Positions 1-29,037 of a stretch of 39,359 nt of DNA are shown here, one piece after another. The DNA comes from Macrostomum lignano. Its lineage: Eukaryota. How positions within the stretch are numbered: the stretch's first letter is position 1; each line of letters opens with the position of its first letter. Position numbers and translations under genes: made by a program. Under the pieces are notes generated by a model. That model did no database searches. It had not been told where the DNA came from and saw only the letters and a program-made list of their open reading frames with translations. The DNA lies in NCBI GenBank assembly GCA_002269645.1, contig NIVC01004651.1, positions 1-39,359 of the forward strand. Reading direction: 5' to 3'.

Positions 1-3
1 AAC

Positions 4-400
4 GTGGAATTCGTGAAGCTGGCCTCGCCAGACCTGGAGGTGCACTGCTTCCCGGGCCTCACGCTGGACTACCTGAAGAACATCAGCAAGGTGGAGAATG
101 CGAGTCCCGACACGGGCCGCGTCATCGTCTGGGCCGGCAACAACGACCTCCACCGTGAGAGCTTCGACTTCTCCATCGCCAAGCTCTGGAAGATGAGCCT
201 GACCAACATCAGGAAGGCTTTCCCCGGTGCGTCAATCTGGGTGGTGCAGACCGTGTGCCACCCGATGCGCCGCGCTCCAGAAGAATAACTGTCGCAAGAC
301 GAACCAGCTCCTGAGCAGCTACCGATCTGTCAGCCTGATCTTGCTGGACACCAAGGACCTGGCATTCCGACGGGACCAGATCAGCCTGGAGCGACAGTCT
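4..400 (+). other. SGNH/GDSL hydrolase-like domain (blocks II, III, V); block I is off-window
   Basis: EVHCFPG (block II Gly), VIVWAGNNDL (block III GxND) and FRRDQISL at the block V DxxH position. Confidence 0.7.
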
Positions 401-2434
401 GCTGATGGGCGTTCGCCGTCGCCCTGGAGACGGCGGCGACCTTCCAAAAAACTGAGCGGGCCTCCGGCCCGAAATTCAAGCCGCTCTGGTGGAGCTGGAC
501 GACGTCAGGGAGAACATCCGGGACTGCAGGAACGCTCCAAACATCAGCCAGGCGGAGGCAAAGGCACTGCGAGATCTGCGGGCAGACAAGTCCATCGTCA
601 TCAAGCCGGCCGACAAGGGCAGCCAGCTGGTCATCCTGGACCGGCAGGACTATGTCCGTGAATGCCTGCGTCAGCTGGAAGACCCGCTGTTTTACCGACC
701 TCTGAGCGCACCGATCAGCCGCTTCACAGCCCAGATGATCCGCGGCGTCTTCAGATCGCTGCTGGACCGAAGGATCATCGATCGGCGCCAGTTCAACGCC
801 TTCTGCCCGAAGGAGGGGTTCCGCACGCGGTGCTTCTACATCCTGCCGAAGATCCACAAGCCCGTCGAGTCGTGGCCGCTCGGCGACATTCCTCCGGGCC
901 GGCCCATCGTGTCTGACGTGGACAGCGAGTCTTACGCCAGCGGCCGCTTCATCGACAGCTTCCTGCAGCCGATCGTCATCCAGCTGCCCAGCTTCATCAG
1001 GGACACTGACCACTTCCAGGCCGCCATCCGCGGGATCGCCTGTGCGGCGTCCGAGGAGTCCTTCCTGTTCACCATGGACGTCGCCAGCCTGTACACCAAC
1101 ATCCCGACAGAAAGCCGGCCTCGAGTGCGTGCGGAGAGCATTTAGGGAGCACCCGGACAACCAGCGCCCGGATGCCAGCCTCCTCAGTCTGCTCAAGCTG
1201 AACCTGGAGCGCAACGACTTCGGATTTAATGGCAGCTATACTTCCTGCAGGTCAAAGGCACGGCCATGGGAAAGTCGTTTGCGCCCAGCTACAGCAACAT
1301 TTACATGGGCTACTGGGAGCAGCACGGCCTGGCGGTCAGCCCGCAGAAACCCGCCCTGTGGCTCCGCTACATTGATGATATCTTCGGCGTGTGGCGCGGG
1401 ACGGAAGACGAATTGATCCGCTTCCACGGACTCCTTGATGACCTTGACCCGAATATTAGACTGCAACTCAACTACAGCAGCACGGAGGTGGCCTTTTTGG
1501 ACACCACCGTCTTCTGGGTCCGCGAGGGCGACGTTAAGCGCTTGGCAACTAAGGTGAATTTCAAGCCGACTGACAGCCGAACGCTCATTCACCGCGACTC
1601 TTTCCACCCGAAGCGGACGTTCCGGGGCGTGGTGAAGTCCCAGCTCCTCAGATACGCCCGGCGGTGTTTCCGGATGGCCGATTTTGACGCAGTGTGCACT
1701 GGGCTGTTTTCGAGTCTGGTGCAACACCAGGGCTACAATCGGCGGTTCCTGCGCACGATTAAGTACGAGATGCTGACGGAGCTGGGCTTCTACCCGACGA
1801 GACGGTGGGAATTCGGCTTTCTGCCGTGCAACCCGACCCGGCTGTGCAGGTGCTGCCAGACACACGCCAGGTTCGCCTCCTTCTGCCCCGGATCAGCAGC
1901 GCCACGACAGTCCAGCTCATCATCAGTCAGCGGATCGACTGCAACGCCACCAACGCCGTCTACGCCGTGTTCTGCCGCCGGTGCGACCACACGGTCTACG
2001 TAGGCGAGACCGCTAACAGCATCCGCGGCCGCATGCTGGCGCACATCGGCGACATCCGGCACGCCCGTTACACTCCGGTGGCCCGCCATTTCACCAGTGA
2101 TGGCCACAGTCTGGCGGACTTCGCCTTCACCGGCATCTGGTCACGTGACGGCACGGGACCCAGAGCAAACGAGCGGCGGCAGCGCCACGAGGCCAAGCTC
2201 ATCGAGTTGTTAAAGACTCGAGCCCCGCACGGCGTCAACGAGCTTGCCGACACGCTGCATAACCCGGCCATCCCGCTGATCCTGCCCCATTGTGCGAGTT
2301 CGGACGCCCTGGTGGCCGCGGTGAAGGACCGCGTGGCCCGGCACTGTGAGGCCCCGGTGCTGCCCTCCTACACCAAAGGGCGGAACCTCTGGCAGCTGCT
2401 CTGTCCCAGTCGACTGGAGTCCACCACTGATTGA
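4..2434 (+). pseudogene. PLE polyprotein (SGNH-like + reverse transcriptase + GIY-YIG endonuclease), split by at least 5 frameshifts
   Basis: Pieces in ORFs 4-288, 227-661, 489-1145, 1042-1416, 1266-2003 and 1805-2434 join into one reading with small indels near 270, 420-460, 1110, 1240 and 1885. Some lie in homopolymers, so they could be decay or long-read errors. Confidence 0.85.
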
Positions 2435-3025
2435 TTTTTTCTTTTGATTTTTTACCTTCCTTGCTACTTAGCTTTGTCAGACCGTGCTTGTACCTACCTA
2501 GCCTTTTATTGCTCATTTCTTAGAAATTTTTTTATTCTCATCGCTAGTCCAAGGTCAGCTTTTGTATATTCTCAGCATTTATCCTGCATCTACATTTCTA
2601 TTGTTTTTTGACACCCTGTACTTTTTTATTACACTTTTCACTGTTACTCTTTTGCTTATCGGACAATTGCTCTTTTTTCAGTTTTTGAGGGCCTTTTCAC
2701 CTTATTCATTTATTTATTGAGGTCCATTTTCTTAAGAGCTTGGAGTCACTCTTTCCAAGTCACTCTTTCCAAGTCACTCTTGGAGACACCAGTGCAGTTG
2801 CACCGCTCCAATATTTATTTCGCGTGTAGGGTCGCTGCAGCCCACGTGCGTTTCACTTTATTTGTGCACTGTTTTTTATTTTGCATTTTCAACTCTAATA
2901 GTGTTTTATCGACTCACACCAAGTGTACATACTTACCGTACGCTCTCTATCCACCTGTCTACTCTCTCCCCTCTAACCCCGCCTATTTAATAACTTTTAC
3001 AACGCCACTTGTCGCTACTTTTCAC

Positions 3026-3067
3026 TTGCCCTGACGAAGAAATATAATAATTTCGAAATATCGGCAA
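3026..3067 (+). ncRNA. Minimal type I hammerhead ribozyme (PLE pLTR type)
   Basis: TTGCC-CTGACGA-A-GAAAT(ataata)ATTTC-GAAA-TATC-GGCAA. Stem I is TTGCC/GGCAA, stem II is GAAAT/ATTTC, and both core boxes are present. Stem III is very short with a palindromic ATAT. Confidence 0.75.
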
Positions 3068-3135
3068 TTCAATTAAACTGACTTTGTTCAGTCCTTTCTA
3101 CCGTTACCGTGTCAGTGCCTGAGATTGGAGGTGCC

Positions 3136-3178
3136 CTCTCTCTCTCTCTCTCTCTCTCTCGCTCTCTCTCTCTCTCTC
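3136..3178. repeat. (CT)n microsatellite
   Basis: Direct reading. Confidence 0.95.
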
Positions 3179-3409
3179 ACTTATCGTTCGTATTTTATGC
3201 TCCCACTTCAATACCGGCATTTCATTTAGTCGTTGTACTTCGAAAAAAGCCCCTTTAATACACCAAACATACTGTCGATTAAAATAACTGGGTAGAGCTA
3301 CATAAAACAGATTATTAGATGTACATCCCTCATATGCACAGCCGCTCATCGATTTTATCATACCGACAAATCATTACTTATAGGGCAAATTTGAATTGCA
3401 CTATACTTT

Positions 3410-3449
3410 TGGCCTGACGAAGAGCCCAGAGGCTTGAGACCGGTAGCCA
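3410..3449 (+). ncRNA. Degenerate minimal hammerhead ribozyme
   Basis: TGGC-CTGACGA-A-GAGCC(caga)GGCTT-GAGA-CCGGT-A-GCCA. Stem I is TGGC/GCCA, stem II is GAGCC/GGCTT, stem III is the palindromic ACCGGT; GAAA is changed to GAGA. Confidence 0.6.
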
Positions 3450-4011
3450 TTTATTGTTATTATTATTAGCATGTGCTTGAGCGCTTTGTCATCTAAATAT
3501 ACTAAATCTCTAAGGTTTGTATGTTTGAATGAATGTCCATAACGCTCTAGAGATTGCAATTCTTCATCTGTTCTAAATTTAATGCCTAGAAATAAGCCGC
3601 CTCAATCAAAGGTTGTACCGCTGCTTTAATACTGCTAAATGGGACTAAATTCTCAAACTCCAGTGGGCCGTGATCAAGCATCGGTTCCTGGATGTTAGTC
3701 AGGTCTGCAGCTGCACGCCAGGCCATGCCAAGAACCAGCAAACTGCACCTGTTCCTGTACTCTCTTCTGTTTTCCTTCAGGCTGAACAGTTGTCCATCTC
3801 CATGGCAACCAGACGTGCATAAATTAAGCAAATATGAGTACTAAGACAGACTTTTTGACGGAGCAGCCTGAGTAAAATCTATTAGTCATGAAGTTACCCT
3901 CGAACAGGGTTTTGTAACTGTAATGTGAGAACTGAATGACACTATCAAAATGAGCAGCATATTTGCCTTTTCTTTATCAACTTTCTTGCAAAAGTAGGAA
4001 TGGGACGGAGG

Positions 4012-4172
4012 GGGACAGAGTGGATGGGTAGAAGAGAGGGGAGAGAGGATAAGAGACAAGGGAGAGAAGAGAGGAGAGAGGGAGAGGATAGAGGGCAGAG
4101 GGGAGAGGGGAGAGGAGAGAAGGGAGAGGAGAGAGGGAGAGAGGGAATAGGAGGTGGAGAAGAGAGATGAGA
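4012..4172. repeat. GA-rich low-complexity repeat
   Basis: GAGAGGG-type purine tract. Confidence 0.9.
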
Positions 4173-4727
4173 GAGCACGGTGAGAAATAGATACGAAATA
4201 ACACTCCAATTAAAAGTAGACACAATAGAAAAAACTACAGTAAAAACACGATTGAGAATAGAATTTAGTACACAAACAAACATGCATGATAAGTTCTCCC
4301 TATGTACAGATTGGGTCATGTAAAACAATTGACAACATGGAGAATAAGCACATTGTTACTGCAACTAATCGTGAGTATAATTTTTTACCTTTAAAACACA
4401 ATAAAGCAAAACTTTTACGAAGTGGTAAACAATAAAATATCGCCTAACAGGCCCCAGTAATGTACAGTTGTACTTTTTCTTGATGAAGTACTCGTCAGCA
4501 GGTATAAAAGAAGGGTTTAGGCTATTATTACTAAAAGCACAAGCAAGTTGTCTAGCAGGTGAAACATAATTAGGTTAGTTAATATTGTATAACCAATCAG
4601 CTTTGCGTAACTCAGTCCATGAGCCATGTTATTAGACAGAGAGACGTAGCATTTTAAAAGCATGAAAAATATTTGAAGGCCGAACTGATCGCTTCAGAAT
4701 GGGTTTGTAAGAAATTTAGTTCCTTAT

Positions 4728-4993
4728 TTGAGCCATAGACTACGGAAACGTATTATTTCCCACTTGGGCCATAGACTGCAGAAACGTATTTATTCCCCAC
4801 TTGGGCCATAGACTGCAGAAACGTATTTATTCCCCACTTGGGCCATAGACTGCAGAAACGTATTTATTCCCCACTTGGGCCATAGACTGCAGAAACGTAT
4901 TTATTCCCCACTTGGGCCATAGACTGCAGAAACGTATTTATTCCCCACTTGGGCCATAGACTGCAGAAACGTATTTATTCCCCACTTGGGCCA
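4728..4993. repeat. 37-bp minisatellite, ~7 copies
   Basis: Unit TTGGGCCATAGACTGCAGAAACGTATTTATTCCCCAC at 4764, 4801, 4838 and onward; degenerate first copy at 4728. Confidence 0.95.
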
Positions 4994-5368
4994 GGTCATA
5001 AACTACAGAGTAGTATTTACTTATAATTTTATTGCGCTAGGTCAAATGGATATGTTTCTGTAGTCTATGGCCGAACCCAAGTGTAATAAATCGAATATTC
5101 TCCGCTTGTTCTATTTATCTATGGCAGCGAACGGATTCGGGCCATAGATAAAAGCTAAAAAACGACTGCCAAGCCGTTGGCGGTCACAAAATATGAAACA
5201 GGCGGAGAGTGACTACGCATCGCACTTAATCGAGTTTGGCTATAGACAATACTTGTCCTTCATTTTCAATCAAATTTGAGCCTTCAAATAAATTCAAATC
5301 ATTTTTCAAATGCTACATTGTGTGTCTACCGGTGATCCTTAAAGATCCAGCACTTATGGATCAGCCAG

Positions 5369-7956
<2,588 letters not shown>

Positions 7957-8047
7957 GCTGTTAAGCTGGTATAAGATGATTCCTACAAAGAAAACATATC
8001 TCAGGCTAGAATAATAAATTTCAAGGTGAATATTGAAATCTATAGCT

Positions 8048-8455
8048 TTTGTCATGCTATCTCAGCCTAGGGACATCCAAACTCAGCCAGCCCCATTCCG
8101 CAATGCGTTTTTTGGCTCGAGCTAGTCGAGTTTTACCATAGACATGCTTCTTAAGGCCATGCTATCTCAGCCTGGGACATGCAATCTCAGCCAATATAGA
8201 TTTCAATTGCAAACAGATCTCAATGCTATCATTTCTGTAACGTGACATGAAATGGCAACAAACAGCAATGAATGAACGCAGCAAGAAAAGTCAGTAAGAA
8301 TCTGAAAAGTGGCTGAGATTGCATGTCCCAGGCTGAGATAGCATGGCTTTAAGAAGCATGTCTATGGTAAAACTTGACTGGCTTACGTAAAAAATCGCAC
8401 TGTTGAGATGGGCTGGCTGAGTTTGGATGTCTCTAGGCTGAGATAGCATGACAAA
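8048..8455. mobile_element. MITE / foldback element with ~146-bp terminal inverted repeats
   Basis: 8048-8193 (TTTGTCATGCTATCTCAGCC...CTCAGCCA) is the reverse complement of 8310-8455. No coding capacity; TSD not evident. Confidence 0.8.
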
Positions 8456-9519
8456 TACTATACTAGCTCTGGAACTTACCTCTTAGCTTCTGTGAAGAAG
8501 CAGCGCCAGCACAGAGAAACAGAGGTTAGAGAAGGCCGCGACTGTAAAACCCGGGCTTTTTGTTCAAACGGTGAGCGGCAGAGAGACCGCAGAAATTAAA
8601 AACCAGGGCAAAAATGGCTGAACTGGCACAATATCACCGACAGTTGAGTGAGGGGGGGGGGTCGTTAGTCTGAAAATTTGCGGCAGAAAAAGGAGTCGAA
8701 GGTGAAGAGAAGGGCGGTTTGAGAAGAGCAACAGAGAGCACAGAGAAAGAGAGACCGATCCGAGCTCATTGGTCGAAGCTGCCTCGAGTAACTTTCTTAC
8801 TCGTGTGTATATTTAATCCGATTTTCTGTCGCTCTCGCTCTCTCTCTCTCGCTCTCTCACTGGCTGAGGGTCAGAGGTAAGCGACCTCCCACAGTGTGCA
8901 TTCTCTCTGGGACTGACTGTACATCTCTACAAAAGCGCGGTTACAACGTACACCTTGCCTTACACTGCTCGTACTATACAATGACTGAACTCGACTAGCC
9001 TTAATTAGAGAGAAAAAGCCTGCTATCGCCATTCTACAATTATAGACATTGAAGAACAAAATAAAAGCTGTTTTTATTTCCAAGGTGTTGAGCTATTTTA
9101 ATTAGGGCTTCTGCGGCAGGTTTTACTGCCCTGTGATGCGCACTTGCTTGTTGTCAGCTAAGTAGGCATTAGTTCGCTAGGTAGTGAGCGGGCGTTTGGA
9201 CCAAATTTAGGTGCAACATTTTAATTCTACAAACTGCGACTAAACCTCGTTTTCCAGTTCATTTCAGTTTCTTGCGGCTGCAATCTTATCTGTAACTGGT
9301 GCAATTCATAGTGACTGTGTTAAACAATTATCGCGCACCAACTTGAACGACAAGGGAGCAGAGAAAGGAAATCGAAAATTAGCTAACGGGTACTCAAGAA
9401 AAATTCTAGTGAAATGTTTTATACACTAAAAATTATGCATTGCACTGTTCAAGAAAAAATGGGAGTGAGCGCAGAGCAGGATACATGGATGGATCAATTA
9501 GAGAATGCAAACTAAAGAG

Positions 9520-10125
9520 AAGAGGGGAGAGAGGGGAGGGAAGAGAGGAAGAGAAGCAAGTGGGTAGAGGGAGAGAGGAGACTGGGAAGAGGGAGAGGGA
9601 GAGAGGAGACTGGGGAGAGGGAGAGGGGAGAGAGGAGACTGGGGAGAGGGAGAGGGAGAGAGGAGACTGGGGAGAGGGAGAGGGAGAGAGGAGACTGGGG
9701 AGAGGGAGAGGGGAGAGAGGAGAATAGGGAGAGGGAGAGGGGAGAGAGGAGACTGGGGAGGGGGAGAGAAGAGAGAGGAGAATGGGGAGAGGGAGAGGGG
9801 AGAGAGGAGAATGGGGAGAGGGAGAGGGAGAGGGGAGAATGGGGAGAGGGAGAGGGGAGAGAGGAGAATGGGGAGAGGGAGAGGGGAGAGAGGAGAATGG
9901 GGAGAGGGAGAGGGAGAGAGGAGAATGGGGAGAGGGAGAGGGAGAGAGGAGAATGGGGAGAGGGAGAGGGAGAGAGGAGAATGGGGAGAGGGAGAGGGAG
10001 AGAGGAGAATGGGGAGAGGGAGAGGGAGAGAGGAGAATGGGGAGAGGGAGAGGGGAGAGAGGAGACTGGGGAGAGGGAGAGGGAGAGAGGAGAATGGGGA
10101 GAGGGAGAGGGGAGAGAGGAGAGAC
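9520..10125. repeat. GA-rich minisatellite (GAGAGGAGAATGGGGAGAGG-like units)
   Basis: Direct reading. Confidence 0.95.
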
Positions 10126-10744
10126 TCAAAGGGCAGTTGGTACGAGTAATGAAAGACTGGCAGAAGACCCCAAAGCCTCATTAATTAGTGGAGTCGTAAA
10201 GAACCTCTGTCAGGTTGTCCCTCTAAGCTTTCAGTGGTTTTCCCGCACGCATTAAGCAGCAAAGAATTTCAATTGAAGCGTTTAGTCTCAGTTGGAACTC
10301 TCAACTCGCAACTGAGGGAAGCTGTGAAGACAGCTTGAAAAGCAGTTTTTTCTTAGATTTTTCTCAAACCGAGCTCGCGCTGCGACCTGCCCTGTGCAAT
10401 GCTTTGTTTATTCGGTCGACAAAATGATTGCGTAATGCTGCTTGCCAATCTGCAGCTCCCCGCAATGTCATCTTAGAACTGTCCATCTTTGCCTGGCCTC
10501 GCGAGGCTCTTGAAGTATTGAAGAGAGAAATTTTATGCTTAATTTTTGACACGTTGAAGAAAAGACGGTTGGGTCAGAGAATTGTTTAAAAAATGCCCTG
10601 ATGTACGCCCGGTAGTTCTAATCTTGACGGCGCATCCTACGCACAATATTCAGGTGCCTGACACAAATTCAAATGTTGTAAAACTACTTTAACTCCTTTT
10701 TGACACAAATATTTTTGCGCACTTAAGATAAACCGTCAAAGAAA

Positions 10745-11566
10745 AATTAAGACACCTGACACAAATTTAAGATTCCTGACACAAATTTATGACCCCTGAC
10801 ACAAATTTATGATCCCGGACACAAATTTAAGATTCCTGACACAAATTTATGATCCGTGGCACAAATTTAGGATCCTTGACACAAATTTATGATTCCTGAC
10901 ACAAATTTAAGATCCCTGACACAAATTTATGATCCGTGACACAAATTTATGATCCGTGACACAAATTTATGATTCCTGACACAAATTTAACATCCCCGAC
11001 ACAAATTTATGATCCCAGACAAAAATTCAAGATCTCTGACACAAATTTAAGATCCCTGACACAAATTTATGATCCGTGACACAAATTTTTGATGTCTGAC
11101 ACAAATTTAACATCCCCGACACAAATTTATGATCCCAGACAAAAATTCAAGATCTCTGACACAAATTTAAGATCCCTAACACAAATTTAAAATTTACTGC
11201 ACAAATTTATGACCCCTGACACAAATTTATGATCCCTGACACAAATTTAAGATTTATGGCACAAAGTTATGATTCAAGACACAAATCTAACACACCTGAC
11301 ACAAATTTAAGATCCCTGACACAAATTAAGGATCCCTGACACAAATTTAAGATCCCTGACACAAATTTAAGATCCCTGACACAAATTTAAGATGCCTGAC
11401 ACAAATTTATGATAACCGACACAAATTTAGAATTTACGGCACAAATTTAAGATCCCAGACACAATTTGAGATCTATGACACAAATTTAGGAGAATTCAGA
11501 CAAGGTTAACATCCCTGACACAAAGTAAGATCCCTCACACAAATTTAATAACACTGACACAAAATT
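10745..11566. repeat. 20-bp minisatellite (GACACAAATTTAAGATCCCT), ~40 copies
   Basis: Period of 20 visible in column alignment. Confidence 0.95.
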
Positions 11567-12304
11567 CACCGACCAGCAACCACGTCCCATGCTGCAGTTT
11601 CGTGTCTTCAAAATAAATATAAACCCGTCCGGTCAAGTGAAAGTTCCGGAACTGAACTTACTACAAAAGTATTACTTGTGAGTAGTAAGCAAAGAAAAGT
11701 TCTAGAAAAAATCGCTTTTTGATATTTTTAGAAAAACAGACAAATTGCAGAGTTGGCAGTTTGCTGCAGTTCACAAAGAGTAAACAAGCCATTATTTGTA
11801 TTTGTTATCATTTGTAACAATTCGGTACAGATTTGCACATATGTTATCATAGCATCATGTATTAAATAGAGAAAATTGACTAGATTATTTGAGCTACTTG
11901 TAGTAGCAGGTCATGCAAATTTTAAATTTCGTTACAGCGCGCGCTTTTGAACTTTTTTTTTATAAAAACTACAAAACAAAGTTGTCAGCAAAGTTAATAT
12001 ATAAAGTTGAATAGATTTTACTTGCGCGCAAGCAGATCAACGTCAGTAGAGGTTTAGCAATAAAAGTTTTAAAAATTAACTAAACTAGCGGTGCAGCCTG
12101 GGTTATTTGTCGATTTGTCGATTTAGAGACTCCTCATGAGTTACCTGGAAGTGATGAGAATATATTCAATGATTAGCCTTAGCCAAAGTAGTACTGCTTG
12201 TGATTATAAATGTTTGTAGAAAGTTATCTGAGTTCTTTGGGAAAGCTGGGCTTTTGATTATTGAGGCTTGATTGGATACGTGAATACTTTTTATTGTTTT
12301 TAAA

Positions 12305-12800
12305 TTTAGAATCAGTGGAAATTAGAATCGGCGGACATTTGGGATCCGTGGACATTTAGAATCGGTGGACATTCAGAAATGGTGGACATTTATAATTAGT
12401 GGACATTCAGAAATGGTGGACATTTATAATTAGTGGACATTCAGCGAGGGTGTACATTTATAATCGGTGGGCATTTAGAAAGGGTGGACATTTATAATCG
12501 ATGGGCATTCAGAAAGGGTGGACATTTAGAATCGGTGGACATTCAGAGAGGGTGGACATTTATAATCGGTGGGCATTTAGAATTAGTGATATTTAGAATC
12601 GGTGCCATTTAGAGAATCAGTGGAAATTTGGAATCGGTGGACATTCAGAGAGGGTGGGCATTCTGAATCGGTGGGCAATTTAGAATCGGTGTACATTTAG
12701 AATCGGTGTACATTTAGAATCGGTGTACATTTAGAATCGGTGCCATTTAGAGAATCAGTGGAAATTTGGAATCGATGGACATTTAAGGTCGAGTGGACAC
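12305..12800. repeat. ~17-bp minisatellite (TTTAGAATCGGTGGACA) just downstream of the laminin stop
   Basis: Direct reading, variable units. Confidence 0.9.
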
Positions 12801-12875
12801 TATTAATTGGCAGACAGACTTAGATTTGGTAGACGTGATGATCTCAGGTCATTGAAAATTTAAGCTACATCAAGT

Positions 12876-28028
<15,153 letters not shown>

Positions 28029-28827
28029 CTCATGCGGCTAAAATTGTAGTTTGTCTCTAATAATTCGTAGGGTGAATATGGCTGGCGGCTCCAAAATGAA
28101 ACGATGAAGATAGCTATAAGGAGAGAGGAAAGGATGAAAAATGAAGGAGGACCAAGATGGTTGGGAAGGATTTTCTTTTGGCCTAAATAGTCGGAGGCTG
28201 GTTGGGGCTGCGGCTCGGGCAGATGGTGGGTGACAAAGCGTTCAAAGTCGGGCCATTGCTTGGCGCACACGCTGCGCACACTTGCCTCATCTGGACTGCC
28301 AGACCCCAGTGCCTTCCCTCATCCCCAATCCCATCGAGGCTCTCTCTACAGACAAAAGCAACAGGCCCATATAGGCTAAGGCTACAACCCCTTACCACGG
28401 ACCTCGTTTCCTGCTAGCCCCTGTCCGCCTTGCCTGAATGCGCAGGAAGGTAAGAGAGAAAAGACCGCTGTGGTTCGCCGACCCAGCCCTTCCCCAGGCC
28501 CCCACCGCCCATATTGCAGTCTAGTTCGGATCAATACTGCAGAAGGAAGAGGGTGCGTCAGATGCTGAAATCTGGCATGTATGACTTGTGGCGTTCTACA
28601 AACCAGCGATCTGGAGAGGTAGTTCGATTTTTTAATATATCATGAGCTGCGATATTATCAGGTTTCATGGGTTGGTCATAAAATGAAACAAATAGAAGTA
28701 CATTTTTGTCTCTGTTTCCTTTTATTTTTTACTTTGGTTCGTCATCTTTATTGACTTTAACACTAGTCCCCGAACATCCAGAGTAGAAGGCATGAGGGGG
28801 CTTTTGGGACAAAATTTTTCACCTCCT

Positions 28828-29037
28828 CCATAATCCCATTAAATCCATCCATATTATCCCTGACAGAATCAGAAAAAAGGGGGGTCGCACTCGCTCACAA
28901 AACGTCCTCCATAATCCACCTAAATCCATCCATATTATCCCTGACAGAATCAGAAAAAAAGGGGGGGTCGCACTCGCTCACAAAACGTCCTCCATAATCC
29001 CATTAAATCCATCCATATTATCCCTGACAGAATCAGA
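28828..29037. repeat. Subterminal 81-83-bp tandem repeat (~2.5 copies), probable part of the Polinton TIR
   Basis: CCATAATCCCATTAAATCCATCCATATTATCCCTGACAGAATCAG... starts at 28828, 28909 and 28992. Confidence 0.85.

Larger units (their letters stand above)
1..3100 (+). mobile_element. Penelope-like retroelement (PLE, Neptune-like Cys-rich linker), 5' end outside window
   Basis: PLE RT motifs IVIKPADKG, PGRPIVS, FTMDVASLYTNIP, GTAMG..FAP.YSNIYMG and WLRYIDDIF. C-terminal GIY-YIG (CNATNAVYAVFCRRCDHTVYVGET...RMLAH...P.GVN) preceded by CNPTRLCRCC linker. T-rich 3' UTR, hammerhead motif at 3026-3067, then AATTAAA. Confidence 0.92.

Noticed and set aside
381-2271. Long minus-strand ORFs (381-1214, 1236-1865 and others)
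   Set aside because: Antisense shadows of the GC-rich PLE coding sequence; no motifs.
3586-3831. 81-aa minus-strand ORF
   Set aside because: No recognisable domain and no convincing splice partners.
3886-4328. L/S/P-rich ORFs
   Set aside because: Translations of the GA-rich repeat.
9440-10255. Gly/Arg/Glu-rich and Leu/Pro/Ser-rich ORFs
   Set aside because: Translations of the GA minisatellite.
10364-10552. 62-aa ORF as a further laminin exon
   Set aside because: No phase-compatible acceptor giving a laminin-like sequence.
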